Assembly: GCF_009914755.1 (NCBI RefSeq)
Contig: NC_060926.1
Strand: one strand, 5' to 3'
From: the human T2T-CHM13v2.0 reference genome, Homo sapiens
DNA: 64,000 bases
In this document: piece after piece, positions 44,577 to 58,979 of the stretch
Layout of the letters: every line of letters starts with the position of its first letter
Position numbering within the stretch: position 1 is the stretch's first letter
Made by a program: the position numbers and the translations under genes
Notes under the pieces: generated by a model
What the model saw: the letters and a program-made list of their open reading frames with translations, nothing else
Database searches by the model: none
What the model was told of the DNA's origin: nothing

Positions 44577-45414
44577 TGCATCATTTATCCATTCAGTTTT
44601 TCTATCTGCAAAATGAGAATTAAACTGGATTAAACAGGTGTACCATTCTAAGTACTGGTATTTCTGATGTTGGTATTGATGGTTATGTGGAGTCATCATA
44701 TAATTTTAAGCATTTAAATTAAAAGCCCCTCATTAAAACTTATTTTAAATAGTTCAATATAATATTCATACATCCAAAACACTTTGGTGGGTACTTTGAG
44801 AAAAACAGAAATCAAAGGCAGTCTATGCTTTCCATGATATAACAATCTACTTGGAAAGATACAAAACACATGCAATCAGCATAAAACTGCTAAGCAAAAT
44901 ACACAAACCAGTACAAAACAATGTAGTAAAAAATATCCACCCAAGAAATGAAGGCTAAGGAATAAAGCAACAGGTGCAGCTTGGAAAGAGAATGTGAAGG
45001 ATGTGTTTTAACCCAAAGAATTAAGAAAGTGATGAAAATGATGCTCAAAACGAAAAGGTAAGTAAGCATAAAAATTTGTATTTGGGGCTAAGAAAAGTGT
45101 ACAAGAAACAAGAGCTGGAAAGTGGAGCGAGGGAAATTGACAGATGGCCTGGAAGATCACACAGCAGATTTAAATGAAATAAAAACAACTTTGTTTTGAC
45201 TTGGTTCTTCAACTTACTTTTATAATTCAGGGAAACAAAAATTCTAATCTAATATACCATTTGCCCAAAGTGTTTGCAATGAGCACCTGTCAAATTAATG
45301 TTTTTATAAGTTACTCTATGAATTTTACTCTACAATTAAATAGGAGGACCAAATCCAAATATTTCCAATACAAGTTGAAAGGTGGGTTTTCTTAGCCCAA
45401 AGATTTCTTTAAAA

Positions 45415-45420
<6 letters not shown>

Positions 45421-45478
<58 letters not shown>
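45421..45478. repeat. Compound microsatellite (TA)24(CA)5
   Basis: Read directly from the sequence. Confidence 0.97.
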
Positions 45479-46454
45479 AAAGCTTTTAAACAAAATCTAC
45501 ATATGTATAAATGTATCTTTTGATGTTTAGAGCTTAAAATACACATTTTTCTCCAGCTCTCTTCAATGTGGTCTTAATGCTAGTTTTATCTTTTGTTTTA
45601 ATTTAATCCCCCTTGTGTAACTTTTAATGCTTCTTGCAAAATTCAACAATTCAATCTGGAGCCAAAGAAATAAAACCTTGATGACTCTTAAAGAGTTTTA
45701 AGATTAATTCAGGAAGAAATTACCTTGGTTAGTCATGCCTATTCTTATTAGTATCCTGAAGTTTGCTTTTGCTGAAGAAGTGGTGAGAGTTTGATGTGAA
45801 GCCAGGACTTAGTGCACGATGCACATTTGGTTTCTAATCACTGAATGCAAGAAGATAGAATAGCATTTGGAAGGATGATATTATTGTACATGCTATCAAA
45901 TAATAGCAAATGAGATAAGACATTAATGTGCATGATAAACAGAAATGAATATCATTCTTCCTGGTTAGATTATGTCAACGAAACAAGTGAATATTCTATG
46001 GTTCAGAAACAATATAAGTAAATTTTTAATGGAAGCCTACATATAACTGTCATAAATGTCTTTGTGAGTCAGGATATCGTGAGCAACTACTCAACATCAA
46101 GACATCTATTACGTTGGGGAACTTGTAATTGTTCTTCCAGAATATGCTATGAACACTGCCGTGTTTATCAATTAATCATGCAGTTACTGTTATGCAAACC
46201 CTCTGCCAGGTGAGCTGTGAGTGCATCTGCATACTGCACATGAACTAAGAATGAGAACACACACAAAAAATGGTCTTTTTCTTAACCTGCTTCCTCTTGT
46301 TCAAAGCAAAAGGCACCCAAGCCAGTTGAAACTCTGAATTAAGAATATTCACATGTGTATGGAGAGAGTGATTGGCATCACCTAATATCTGCTTTATTTA
46401 GTATCAAATAAAAAATACTTCTCATATTTTTATAAATGGGTAAAAAAAAAAAAC

Positions 46455-46935
46455 CCAAATATCTATTTAGCAATCATTATATGCTAGATACTATGCCGAG
46501 TGCTTTGCATAGAACTTCATTATTCCCACCTTAAAACTATTGTAGTTGTTTTCAGCGATGTCCATATTGCCCACTGGGGATATTCGGCAATGTCTGGAGT
46601 CATGTTTTGTTTTGTTTTGGTTGTGAGAACTTGTGGGCAATGGTTGTTCTATTGACAATTGAGAGGTAGAAGCCAGGGATGCTGATAAACATTCTTCAAT
46701 GCACAGGACAGCCCCTACATTGAATTGGGGGCTTTTAAATTATCCAGTCCAACAGGTCAATAGTGCTGAGGTTGAGAAATCCTGCCCTATTTTAATCTTG
46801 GTTTAACAGATGAGAAAAACGAGGTTTAAAGTAGTTAAGTAAACTGCTCAAGGTCACAAGGCTAATGAGTGGCTGAGTTGGGACTCAAACCCAGCACAGT
46901 CCAACTGCAAAAGCCCAGATCCTTGCCACTATCTC
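46455..46935 (-). mobile_element. MIR interrupted by MER20
   Basis: TTTAACAGATGAGAAAAACGAGG...GTTAAGTAAACTGCTCAAGGTCACA...GGGACTCAAACCCAG. Confidence 0.75.
46543..46784 (+). mobile_element. MER20 (hAT-Charlie)
   Basis: GGCAATGTCTGGAG, GCCAGGGATGCTG, CAATGCACAGGACAGCCCC, GTCAATAGTGCTGAGGTTGAGAAATCCTG. Confidence 0.88.
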
Positions 46936-48032
46936 ACACTCCGGCTGCTTTGCACCTCAGTGTAAAATCATTTGCTTCACTGTACACATTTCATAGCACT
47001 GCAAACCTGGTGCCTTGAATCAGAGGCCCTCCATTTTGGTGTAGGTAGAGCTGCTCTCTACCTCTTTGATCTTCACGAGTCATTCAAATTCTTATCAGTA
47101 AGCAAGGAACCTACAGCTAGAGGTTTCCTATTTCTTCTTTCTATGATTCCAACCATGAGCCATCTAGAAAGGTTACCTGATTGCCTCTCCGTTTCTCCAC
47201 CAGGTGTTAGCTTAGGCCTCCCTAAGGCTTTGCCCTTATTCTGTTCTCTGCTCTTAGCAAGCAGCAAAGGAGTCCCCAGAGTCGCCTCCTGCGGACTTTT
47301 CCATCTGCTCTGTGGAATAGAATCCTGCCTTCAGTTGTGCCAGGGGTGACTTTTTCTTCCTCCAGGGAACAACCCGAACTCCTCTGGGGCAGTAAGGGGG
47401 ATTTGGCACTGCCCTTTCCCTCCAACTGTCTGTGGAGTATCAGTTATTCTGCAGGGAAGCCACTAAGAGTTCACTCTCTCCTACTCTGTAGTAGTAAAGA
47501 TTCCTAGGGGAGGGGATCCACAGCCTGACCTCCAAACCAAATAACTGAGGACTCAATGTATGTTGCTCAGTTACCTGTGTGCACCCTGGGGACGAATCTA
47601 AAACAGCCCAACCAGCGTTAGCTGGCAGGTAGCTTTGGGGGATTCTCATGACCCCAAAATAGCCATTTGGCTAAACCACAGCATAAGGAGCTGTAATTTG
47701 TTTCTAAATATAGACTTGAAATAAAAGAACCAGTATTTTCTATTACATGCCCTTTTAAGGGACCAGACTTCTTTCTGTAGAAAATGGGATAGAGAACATG
47801 CAAGAATTGCAGTAAGATATCAAGCAGAACCCAACCCACTAATGAGGACTCCATTGCCTCCTTTTATTGCCAGAAAAGGATTTCTGGCTCTTGAAACCTG
47901 CCTATGCGATCCAGAGGTGATTTCCCAGTTGGAATATATCACTCTCACACAAAGATCTCAGTTTTGCAAATAATAGTAGATAGGCAGAACATAGATTCGT
48001 CATCATAACCAGGTAATTGAAACTCACATCAG

Positions 48033-48349
<317 letters not shown>

Positions 48350-50206
48350 TCAGAATCTAAACTTTAGTAATTTCTTCTTAACCTTCCTCTCCAAGGCATC
48401 TCTCAGTTGTGCCCATAAAGATCAAAATTACTCAATGCCAGCTACTTTTCCCTTATCTCCCCTAGACCAGCTTCTCCCTGCTGATGGTTCCAGTCATGAT
48501 TAAATTCCACGTAGCAGAATGAGAGAGAAACAAGAACACTACAATATCAAGAAACTTGAAATATCTTGTGAATAAGTACAAATAATCTGCATTTTAACTA
48601 CCCGTGTCATGAAATTGGGCTTACCTTACTCCTACCCCCACCCAATTCTGCCTGGCTTGGCACAGTTTCTGCTTCAGTCCCTTCTGGGGGAAGCAAGGGA
48701 TTGCTTGTTGGAAAGGTCAGCACAGTTCAGAAATACGGGCATACTCCCCATCAGAAAAACAATCAAAGATGATGAGGTGATAAGAACCCCATTTCTGGCC
48801 CTGTTGCTTATGGCACTTGAAGCAATGACATTCTCTGCATCCCACAGTCCGGAAGGTAGTTGGTGCTGAGTGTAGCACAACTGGTTAGACTTAAAGTGGC
48901 CTTCCCATAATCTGAAAGCAAACCAAGGGTCTTATCACAGTATCTTTCTACTCTTTGAGATTTGAATACTGTAGAAATGGAATCAGCTGCTTCTAATGGA
49001 GATTTAACCTAATTTGATTTTAAATCATTATCTGTTTTCTGGTCACCCCTATCCAACATCCTACCTGAATACACACACACAAAAAAACATGCACACACAT
49101 ACACACTGTTTATTCCATGTATTTCCAAAGATTTAAGCGGGATGAAAGTGAGAGAGCTAAGCCAGGCTAGAGCTAGGGCAGCTGAAGCTGTCACGGAGCT
49201 CTCTCCCCCTGACATATAAGTCTGCCAAATTGAACAGCCAACTAGCAATCATTTATCTTTTCCCTCATCTCCTCAGAGCAGAAGCTGATGTTCAGGGTAG
49301 TTTTAGAATATGGACAGGGGTCTCCACGGCCAAGAAAAGACATCTGACGCTTCCCCCTCCCCTTCCCCAAGCCCTGCTCAGCGGATGTAACTCCTCTAAG
49401 GCTTGGATGCAGGTCTCCAGAGGTGAAAGGAGCATGGACCAGCCCACTATGCTGCCTTGCCCACAGCATAGTATAATATTAATTAGTCACCTTCCTTATT
49501 ATTCAGTCAAAATATGCCAGACTGAAATAAATTACATTCTTAGCACATATTTCACACCCCTGGATCAAGTCTTGCAAGGTTTTTCTTTTATTATTTATAA
49601 GATCATGTGCTGTCTTCCTGCAGAAAATGAGATGGTCTGCATGAGGAAAAAGGTAAAAGAAATGCAGAGAAATGAAACAATCAGATATTCCCTAATGATA
49701 TTTAAAAATAGAAAATTTGCTACTGTTACATACAGCATGTTCCATCTTTTGAGATTTAATGGCTCTCTTGTGGTTTAATGGAGAATTACTTTCAGTAATT
49801 GATTATTAAAATTTAAAATTGCTAACCATCTTCATTATTAGATGAGCGAACATGTTATCCTTGTAATTAAAAAAGCCTGAGACTCACTTTCATCCTGTTG
49901 ACAGAGCGGGCAGACTGTCTCCACACTCAGACTTGATGGTTTCAGGCTTCTTGTTTGACAAAAATAGCCAGCCAGTCATTTGATGATGAAAATGCAGAAC
50001 ATCCACAGAGACTCAGCAGAAAATATAATGAACAAAAATAAAATAATAAAAAGCCCTACAAGCAAATTAAAGTTTTCAGTCCCGACTCATTAAATGCTAT
50101 GCATCACTTATGTGATATTTCAATGTGCCGGTGCTCAGGTAACACAGGGCGCTGTCAGATTTTTCTCCAGCCTCAATCAACGTGCCGTTTAAAAGCAGCA
50201 CAATCT

Positions 50207-50540
<334 letters not shown>

Positions 50541-52279
50541 TTACCATTATAAATTTTTGGTTTTGGCAACATATTACACGAAGTGGACACTGGAAAAATC
50601 CAGTGTGGTTCCCTGTTCTCTTGAATGTGTATAGGATGTCTCCAGCTTCTTGTATGGAGGGCTCCAAGGAGTAAGCCCCTGCCAAGTGAAAAGAGCCCTT
50701 CCTCAAAATCCCTCACCGTGTCCACATACTGAGAGATGCAGCTTTATCAGTCAGTTATCCACACACCAGGGGTGAGGGATTTGTCTGTGTGGGATCTTGC
50801 ATTTCCTTGAACGTTTTCATCATATTAGAGTGTTCATTTTGTGAAGGCAGTACTCAGTGCTTTCCAAAAGGAAATTTTGTAACTGTCAATGAAAAGAGCC
50901 TATCAAAAGGGACATTTTTCACAACTCAAGTATTAGACAGATGTCAGCCTTCAGGAAAGGAAAATCCTGCAGACTCGAGGAGTACAAACATAAATGAAGC
51001 AAAGATTTTTGTACATGAAGATTTCTTCTAAATATTAAGGAAAGCCATCTGTGTATCAGCATTCCCACAAAATCTCAATAGTTTAGCTCATAAAATCTCT
51101 GCTCAAATGTCAATTTTTAAAAATTGACTAATCAATGACTTGCCAATATTTCCTTAGGATCTAGATTCTCAAGGATGTCCTCTCTAATTTAGCCCAGCCG
51201 ACCTTCATTATTCCTTAATGCAAATTAGCACCCTACACTTTGTACACATTCATAGACTATGATGTCACTGGGCAGAATTTAGATCATGCTATAAAACTGT
51301 TCTTATGTATTCGTCCTTGTGTTTGCCTTCCCAATTAGATTACATGACCCGCAAGGGTAAGAGCAATTCCTTTTATTTCTTTTTCTATTTTACCTTACCT
51401 ACAGCCTCTCACCCAATGTCAAGTTCAACAGACATCAGGCCTACCACCATCTTGTTTGCTTAGGGAGTTAGATATGGAGGTTTGACAAGGAGCTGAACTC
51501 TTCTATTCTAGTTAAATATAATGTTGAATTTCAGTTATACATAAATATAACCTTGAATTTAGGACGCATAGAGACTGGATTAGCCTTTCTGAAGCATGGA
51601 AAAATTTTCGTAATCCTCCCAAGGATGGTATATAACTAATCCCTTTCTAGCTACATATAAGTAAATGTGTTACATACAATGAGCATTGGGGCTTAATTAT
51701 CAGAATTTCTTGAGAGTCTCATCTAGATTGTTCTTTCAGATTACTTTCAACAATCTCATAAAATCATTAACAGATAGGAAAATGTCTTTCCTCTTTCATG
51801 GTCTTTCTGGCTTTGGTGATGTGGCAACCTTCATCCAGGAATATAAAATGCCAACCTATTTTTAAGGTCATCTCATAGGGCACTACTCGCCATAGTCACT
51901 TGCCTATATCCAAATATCATGGTACTTTACCTGTTTTAATGAATCATCTTTCTACCCTCTATCAGGTACCACTAATAAATTATATGTGTGCTGACAATAT
52001 AATTCACATATGAACAATTTTCTACCTCTCCCAGCACCTAATTGGGTGATTTTAATGTGTAAGAGATTGCAGTACATATTAACTAAATTAGTAAATGAAT
52101 GCATGAATGAAATTAAAAGAATGGCTGAGTCTTAGATTTTTTTCCCATTTCTAAGTTTCCTTTCTAAATTTAAATATGAATGAAAATAATTACTCAATAC
52201 AGGTTTACTGAGTAAGAATTTAAGAAACATTTCTTACTCATCCAGGCATCAAAAACATATCTGAAGACAAATTCTTCAT

Positions 52280-52870
52280 ATTCTCATCTCAGTTGATAAA
52301 AATTCCATAGTTTTAACTTCTCAAGCCATAACCTCTGTGTCATCTTGGGCTTCTCTCTTTCTCTCATATTCCAATTTATCAACAAATTATGTTAGCTCTT
52401 TTGTCAAAGTGGATCCAGACCACTTATCAACACCTCTACCATTACCACTTTGTTCCAAGATATCATCCTCCTTCCCCGGGATTATTCTTATTGTCTCTTA
52501 GCTGCACTCCCCATTTATTGCCAGAAATATCCTATTGCAACAACACTTGGAAGTCATTCCTCTGGCAAAACCCAAATGAGTCCACATTTCATTAATGCCC
52601 TACAAAGTCCTACAAAACCTGCCTTCCCCTCCTCATCTTCAACCATCCTCTCCTACTTTTTCTCTCTCTCTCTGACACCAGGAATACTGGCCTTTTTGCT
52701 ATTCCTGCAACCAGATACTCTCCTGCCTCAAAAAATACTTTTAGGCTTCTGCACTTGCTCTTCCCTCAGCCTGATGCTCTTGACCAACATAGATGGGAAT
52801 AAAGTCTTGCTCCCTCAACTTTCTTTACATTACTATTCTGATATCACCTCATTATTCAGACCTTCAGAGA
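52280..52870 (+). mobile_element. L2 fragment
   Basis: GTCATCTTGGGCTTCTCTCTTTCTCTCA, ATACTGGCCTTTTTGCTATTCCT, GCACTTGCTCTTCCCTC. Confidence 0.7.
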
Positions 52871-53367
52871 TGTAGAAATTTATTTTTCTCCAACTAACTT
52901 AAACTAGTTAATTTATCAAGGCAGTTTTAAAATGATCCTATTTTTCTCCAAGGAATAGGGCTCAGGTGGTAAGGTAGAAAGGAAAGGGGAAGAAAAAGTT
53001 AAAAGAAAGAAAAAACTTTCATTTACTACTTCTTTGTAGTCAGATAAATCAGACCAAAAACAAGATTCATTGAGCAGCCAAAGATTTCCCCCCAAGCTTT
53101 TGTTTTTATGTTTTTTTTACTGGTTGTTCCCACACATTATAATGTCTTGGCAGCAACACAGATAACAGCCTGTTGGCATTGAAACAATTTCTGGAAAATT
53201 TTCGAGTTTTCTGAAATTCTGACAACCTAACATGTTATGCGAGCTGATCCCAACTAATTTTTGTGGTTGAAGCAATAACTTTGCAGTAGGAACTTTCCCT
53301 GATGAGAGATTTCATATAAAAAAAAACTCTGAAAATTGGAGCTGAATGTAACATTGGCCGATTCACT

Positions 53368-53510
53368 TTCTCATTTTACAGATGAAGACTCAAAGACCCA
53401 GGGAGATTAAATGATTTGCCCAAGGCACGTGGATTGTTACCAGCAGAGCTGGGAATAAAATTCAAGCTCCTTGGCTCCCAATTCACTGTTCCTTCTGCTT
53501 TGCTGTGTGA
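53368..53510 (-). mobile_element. MIR
   Basis: CTCATTTTACAGATGAAG...ATTAAATGATTTGCCCAAGG...GCAGAGCTGGGA. Confidence 0.75.
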
Positions 53511-54599
53511 TGTGCCCTGTTCATGATTGTGCCATTTAACTACTCACAGTGAAAATCCCACCGATGTCAGCCCTACTCTCTGGGAATTTGTAATCCAAAA
53601 TGTGAAGCCAAATGGATAACATGAAAATAATCATAATCATAATTATGATGAAATATATCTTCCAGCTTCCAATCCTCAAAGTATTTTCATATCTATCTCT
53701 TCATTTTATCCTCAAAAGAATACTCTACAAATTATATAATGTGAAACATTGCATAAATATTAATAGGTAATATTTAAGTAATCCAATGTGCTCTCTGGGG
53801 GATGATCAGGGAAGAAAAGCCACTACGGTTCTTTACATGTGTGAATGAGATGGCTCTCTCACCACCTATGCTAGATTCCTCTAAATTGGTTTGATGGACC
53901 AACATTTACATAAGTATATATGTTTATACATTTATATGTAATTTTATATATCTGTACATATAGATAATTTCTGTTCTCTGTTATCATATTCATAATTGGA
54001 ATCCACTAATGCTCTTCACTATATTCTATGTGTCAGCACAGACGAAAGCCATCTCAGGTCTCTGGAAATGGCAGAGAGTGAATAATTAAGATCAGGCATC
54101 AAGACATTGACGTGTCATTCTCTGATAACATGGACAGACGGGATGCCAATATTACTTTCTAAATATGCCACCGAGGGAGGTATTTCCTAGATCCTTAATA
54201 AAATTGGCCCCCATACATAATGGATACTACCAGTCAGTACCTATTTTCCACTGCATAGTTTATGTCAAAATTATGAAGGGAAAAAAGAAGAAAAGGATAT
54301 TGTCCATTTGCTTATGGGGTAGACAACTGTCTTTTGTGAAATGTGAATGGTGTCAGCAAGGCCTCTGGCCAACAGTATATCCCCCTCAATACCTGTCATA
54401 CTGCCTGAAATCCCAACCTTATTGACTCCAGTCCTTTGTGTCTTGAATCTTTTTTAGGCCCTGAGCAAACCCATTAAAATGCATATACCCCTAAAAGGAA
54501 CACAGTCTTCTCACAGATCAGGCCCTTAATTAATGGAACCCAGGATAAATCAGGGATAAGGAGAGTGATAGTAAAGGAGCTTTTTTAAAACAATGGAGG

Positions 54600-54900
54600 G
54601 GCCGGATGCAGTGGCTCATGCCTGTAATCCAAGCACTCTGGGAGGCCAAGGCAGGAGGATCTCTTGAGCCTGGGAATTCACGACCAGCCTGGCCAACCCA
54701 GGGAGAACCCTGTCTCCATGAAAAGATAAGAAATTAGACTGTCATGGTGGTGGGTGCCTGAGCTCCCAGCTACTCAGGGTGTTGAAGCAGGAGAATTGCT
54801 TTGGCCTAGGAGTTTGAGGCTGCAGTGAACTATGCTCACGCCACTGCACTCCAGCCTAAGCAATAGAGTGAGACCCTGTTTCAAAAATAAAAAAAAAAGA
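54600..54900 (+). mobile_element. AluJ (Jo/Jr-like)
   Basis: GGAGGATCTCTTGAGCC, GAGTTTGAGGCTGCAGTGAACTATG, GTGAGACCCTGTTTC plus A tail. Confidence 0.92.
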
Positions 54901-56849
54901 AAATTAAAGCTAGTTTACCCTTGCTGGTTAGGGGTAGGTTCTGATTCTTTTTCTATTAGACTTCCTATTTGGATCCCACATACCTACCAACAAGTTTTAA
55001 GAGCCAATTATGCAATTACATATATCCCTATTTTTTTTCTTATAAAAGTCAAATGTTATGATAGGCTCACCAACTGGGAAAACCTAACTCTAGCTGACCC
55101 AGTATCATTAATGCTCAAATTCTAAAATCTACCAGGTTTAACTAACATATGAGAGCTTAGACAGTAGCCAATTAAATCATCTAGTATGAGATTAAGAAGA
55201 TAAAGTGGAAAAAGCAGCACTACTGTAGGAGAACTTCCTGAGCGGGAAGTGGCAGCAAAGTGATCACAAGAACTGCTATGACCACCAGCCATCCCACACT
55301 ATCCAACCAAACTCCACATGCCTCCCGAGGCCATGGTCTGAGGGGTTTGTGCAAGAGGACTGCGGAAGACAGAGGGATACCAGCAGCCTACTCTGCATGC
55401 CAAGGAAAAGCCAAGGATAGACTTTTGCACGTTTAATCGTATTTCTTCATTTGTCCACCAGTAAATGTGAAGGAAAAAGTTGTCCCAGATCCTCCATAGG
55501 AAATTCTTACTTATAATTGGATTAAACCTTAAGTTTGAGAACGACTCACAGTATTGCAGAGGAAGAGGGAAAAGGTAATAAAAATTCAAAATGCAATGAA
55601 GCCTAATATGTACTCTTTCTTGCAAAACCCCCTTAGTCGTACTGAACTGTGATGCATCCCAGGAAGTAGCAGCTCCTTCGGAGAAAGGATATTCTATGCC
55701 CCCAAAGAGGACAGTGCTAACACCAGGGACAGATTCTACAAACCTCAGTAGACAGAGTGAGGAAAGGCTCTATTCGCTCACTGGAATTTCCTGGTACTTC
55801 CATAAATGTCAATAAACACTGGTCTAAGGGGCATATGATGTTCCAATATATTTTGACATAAAAGCTGTAACCAGGAGAGTCTTAAAATAAAAGTACTGGA
55901 GGGAAATGTATGAGTCAGTTGGGGAAGTCTAAGCCATTCTCAAAGGCAGCATATGACTGCAGAGGGGGGCTACAGTCTCCCGAAGCCAATTGAATAATCT
56001 GTTTCATTGACACAATTATTAAATCATTGATTAGTGTGCTGAGTGGTTGGTATTGGTTGTCTTTATTACAGGTGAATTGCAGCTATTGCCAGCTGTTTCT
56101 GTGGCAAGTTCTTCAGCTGCAGAAAAGCTGGCATTGTGCCCAGATGCAGCCTGGGAGTCCCACCGCTTCAAAGTGCTTTTTTTTTCCCCCAGCGAGTGCT
56201 TCTCCCTGTCATTACATGGTTTCCCTGTGCTCTCATCATTACAATAGAATCCATAAAACCAAACACAGAAACAAAGGGATAACTTATTGGCAACTAATGA
56301 AACACAGAGAGATTGTTCAAGCAGTGTAAATGCGAAAGGGCTTTAAACCAGTTTAAACAATCTACGTGTATTCCATCGCCCCATTGTTAACACAGGCGTG
56401 AAGGCAAGTGTCTCAGCTTCATAAAAATTACACCATCGTTGCCTTAAAGATCTGCTCTCTTGTTGCCTCTGCCTCTGGCGCTCTTTTTAGAGGGCTGGTT
56501 TGCTTTTTGTCCACTTATTCAAATTCTGCCCATTGATCAAGACTGGTTCATCTTCCAAGTTTTCTGAGAAATTGTCCATGAACACTGCAGACTCCACTGA
56601 GCTTTCCTTGCTTTTCTTTTCTCCAATAACTTAGGTGTGTGCCACTTATTTAGCCAGCCAGAGATAAGGCAAGTATAGGCAATATTGAGAATCCATGAAA
56701 CAGCACAAGTGGACCAAGGCACCTTCCTCTGATCCCAGAGGTGCTCTGAGAAACATTCTCAACCAACTTTCCAAGTAGAGCCCCATCAATGACTCAGCTT
56801 TGACAGATGGCATGGGATGAAATGTGTGTGTCATCCCAAGTGCTGTGGG

Positions 56850-57050
56850 AATGAGACAGGTCTTGGTGTCGGATCAACCAGGATTCAAACTTCAGATCAA
56901 CAGTTTACTAGATATGCCACTATGGTTTTTGTGTGTTTCCTTTTTTAATTCCCTTGACTCAGGATTTTAATCTACAGAACAAAAATGAGGCCACCTACCT
57001 CAGAGAGTGAAGACTGCCCAGTTCCTGGTACACAGAAAGCATCTAATATA
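56850..57050 (+). mobile_element. Degenerate MIR
   Basis: GGATTCAAAC...ACCTACCTCAGAG...CAGTTCCTGGTACACAGAAAGCA. Confidence 0.55.
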
Positions 57051-57909
57051 TGAATATTTCTCATCCCCTGGGCCCCTACTAAGAGTGCTTATTGTTGAAG
57101 TCTTACCTGCCCAAGCAAATTATAAGTTTCTGGAGGATAAGGCTACAGAAGGTGATTCATGCTAAGGCTAAAATTGTATGCATCTAATGCAACATTTGTA
57201 ACCTTTTTCCTGAAACACTAGGTATAAACTGAAAGAAACTTAGGTGATGTTATGAATAGAAATAGGGGATTAATGAGCTAACACTTTAAGGTAGTTGATT
57301 CCAGCAATATGCTCATTCTCTATAGATGCTATGATATTAAAAAAATTATAGAATAAAATAAAGCCCTGCCCATTTGTGGCCCAAATATATAACAGCCTTA
57401 ATAATCTGCTTAATAATCTGTCTGAAAGGATTCTGATCCATTTTTTTACTGTCTGTAGGGTCTGCTCAAGTCTAGAGATAAACATTCTGATTTGGTCAGG
57501 CACAGCTTTGACAAACGCCAAGTGTGAACCACAGCTGCCATATTAGTTTGATGTGTTTGTGCCAAATTGTGTTTGAGAAGCATTTTGAAAGAGGATTGGA
57601 GTTAGCACAGATAACACGTTATTTTCCTTGGTAACCTATCATGAATATTGAATTGCACCTCTAACCTGAGCCAGAGGGGTTTTTGAATGCTTTCATGCTC
57701 CCCACAACTCTCTCAGTGTGCTACTAGACAGGCAGGTGACTATATGTAGTCTAAAATATAGTAGACATCAATTTCTTGAATTCAAACATTTCCTTCAAAA
57801 TCAAGCTTGTGATGCAAATAAAATTCAAACTTTCCAAGTTAGGTTTCCTTTGTTTCATTTCTACATATGGTAAATGCAAAACTTCCAGTCACTAGGAAAT
57901 AGATTAAAT

Positions 57910-58010
57910 AATCATAGAATCATAGAATTTTCAGTGCTGGAAGGGACCTTAGAGATCATCTAGTCCAACCCCCTCATTTTAACAGATGAGGAGACTGATG
58001 TCTGTGGAGG
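57910..58010 (-). mobile_element. MIR3-type 3' end, well preserved
   Basis: AATCATAGAATCATAGAA...GCTGGAAGGGACCTTAGAGATCATCTAGTCCAACCCCCTCATTTTAACAGATGAGGAGACTGA. Confidence 0.85.
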
Positions 58011-58493
58011 ATTATAGCCTCAGGGGGAAACCAGAGTTCATTAACTCATCTCTGGAAAGACTTGGTTTTTTTTTTTTTCTTTTTTTTTTTGGTTAGAATA
58101 AATGATTAAATCATTCCAATTTCATGCTATCTCCTTTATTCAGAAAGTTTACATTTGCTTTCTCCTTTTGTCCATGTAACCATGACAATAGTGGGGAATA
58201 ATAGAGCTATCAGTATAAAAATAGCCTCATTAGCATCAACAAGGGGCTCGCCAATCAGCTTGGACCTATTACAGGACTGATAACTACCTCCCCTGCCTTC
58301 CAGTTTGCAACAAACACACTCTCTGGACTCCTCCCACAGGCTGGCTCTTTCCTCTTCTGAAGCTGTGTCCCTCACAGTTTGACAGCTGGGATTTACAAGT
58401 GGAATCATACCTGAGAAAGCCCTGTTCTCAAGCAGGATCAGCTGGATCTGCCCTGAGATTTCCAACCTGCCTCTGCTTTCCAGAACCCCTATT

Positions 58494-58977
58494 TGTCAGG
58501 CCTCTGAGCCCAAGCCAAGCCATCGCATCCCCTGTGACCTGCACGTATACGCCCAGATGGCCTGAAGTAACTAAAGAATCACAAAAGAAGTGAATATGCC
58601 CTGCCCCACCTTAACTGATGACATTCCACCACAAAAGAAGTGTAAATGGGCGGTCCTTGCCTTAACTGATGACATTACCTTGTGAAAGTCCTTTTCCTGG
58701 CTCATCCTAGCTCAAAAAGCACCCCCACTGAGCACCCTGTGACCCCCACTCCTGCCCACTGAGCACCTTGCAACCCCCACTCCTACCCGCCAGAGAACAA
58801 ACCCTCTTTGACCGTAATTTTCCTTTACCTACCCAAATCCTATAAAACGGCCCCACCCTTATCTCCCTTCGCTGACTCTCTTTTCGGACTCAGCCCGCCT
58901 GCACCCAGGTGAAATAAACAGCCATGTTGCTCACACAAAGCCTGTTTGGTGGTCTCTTCACACGGACGCGCATGAAA
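58494..58977 (+). promoter_or_regulatory. LTR7 (LTR7up-like) 5' LTR promoter/enhancer
   Basis: TGTCAGGCCTCTGAGCCCAAG...GCGCATGAAA; ACAAAAGAAG at 58581 and 58631; TATAAAA at 58841; AATAAA at 58913. Confidence 0.93.
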
Positions 58978-58979
58978 TT

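Noticed and set aside
47278-47297. CTCF-like GTCGCCTCCTGCGG
   Set aside because: Four mismatches to the core; too weak.
49230-49778. 182-aa ORF
   Set aside because: Starts at TTG, has no recognisable motif and no supporting promoter or splice structure.
52389-52875. 141-aa and 68-aa ORFs
   Set aside because: Lie in a pyrimidine-rich L2 remnant that is naturally poor in stop codons.
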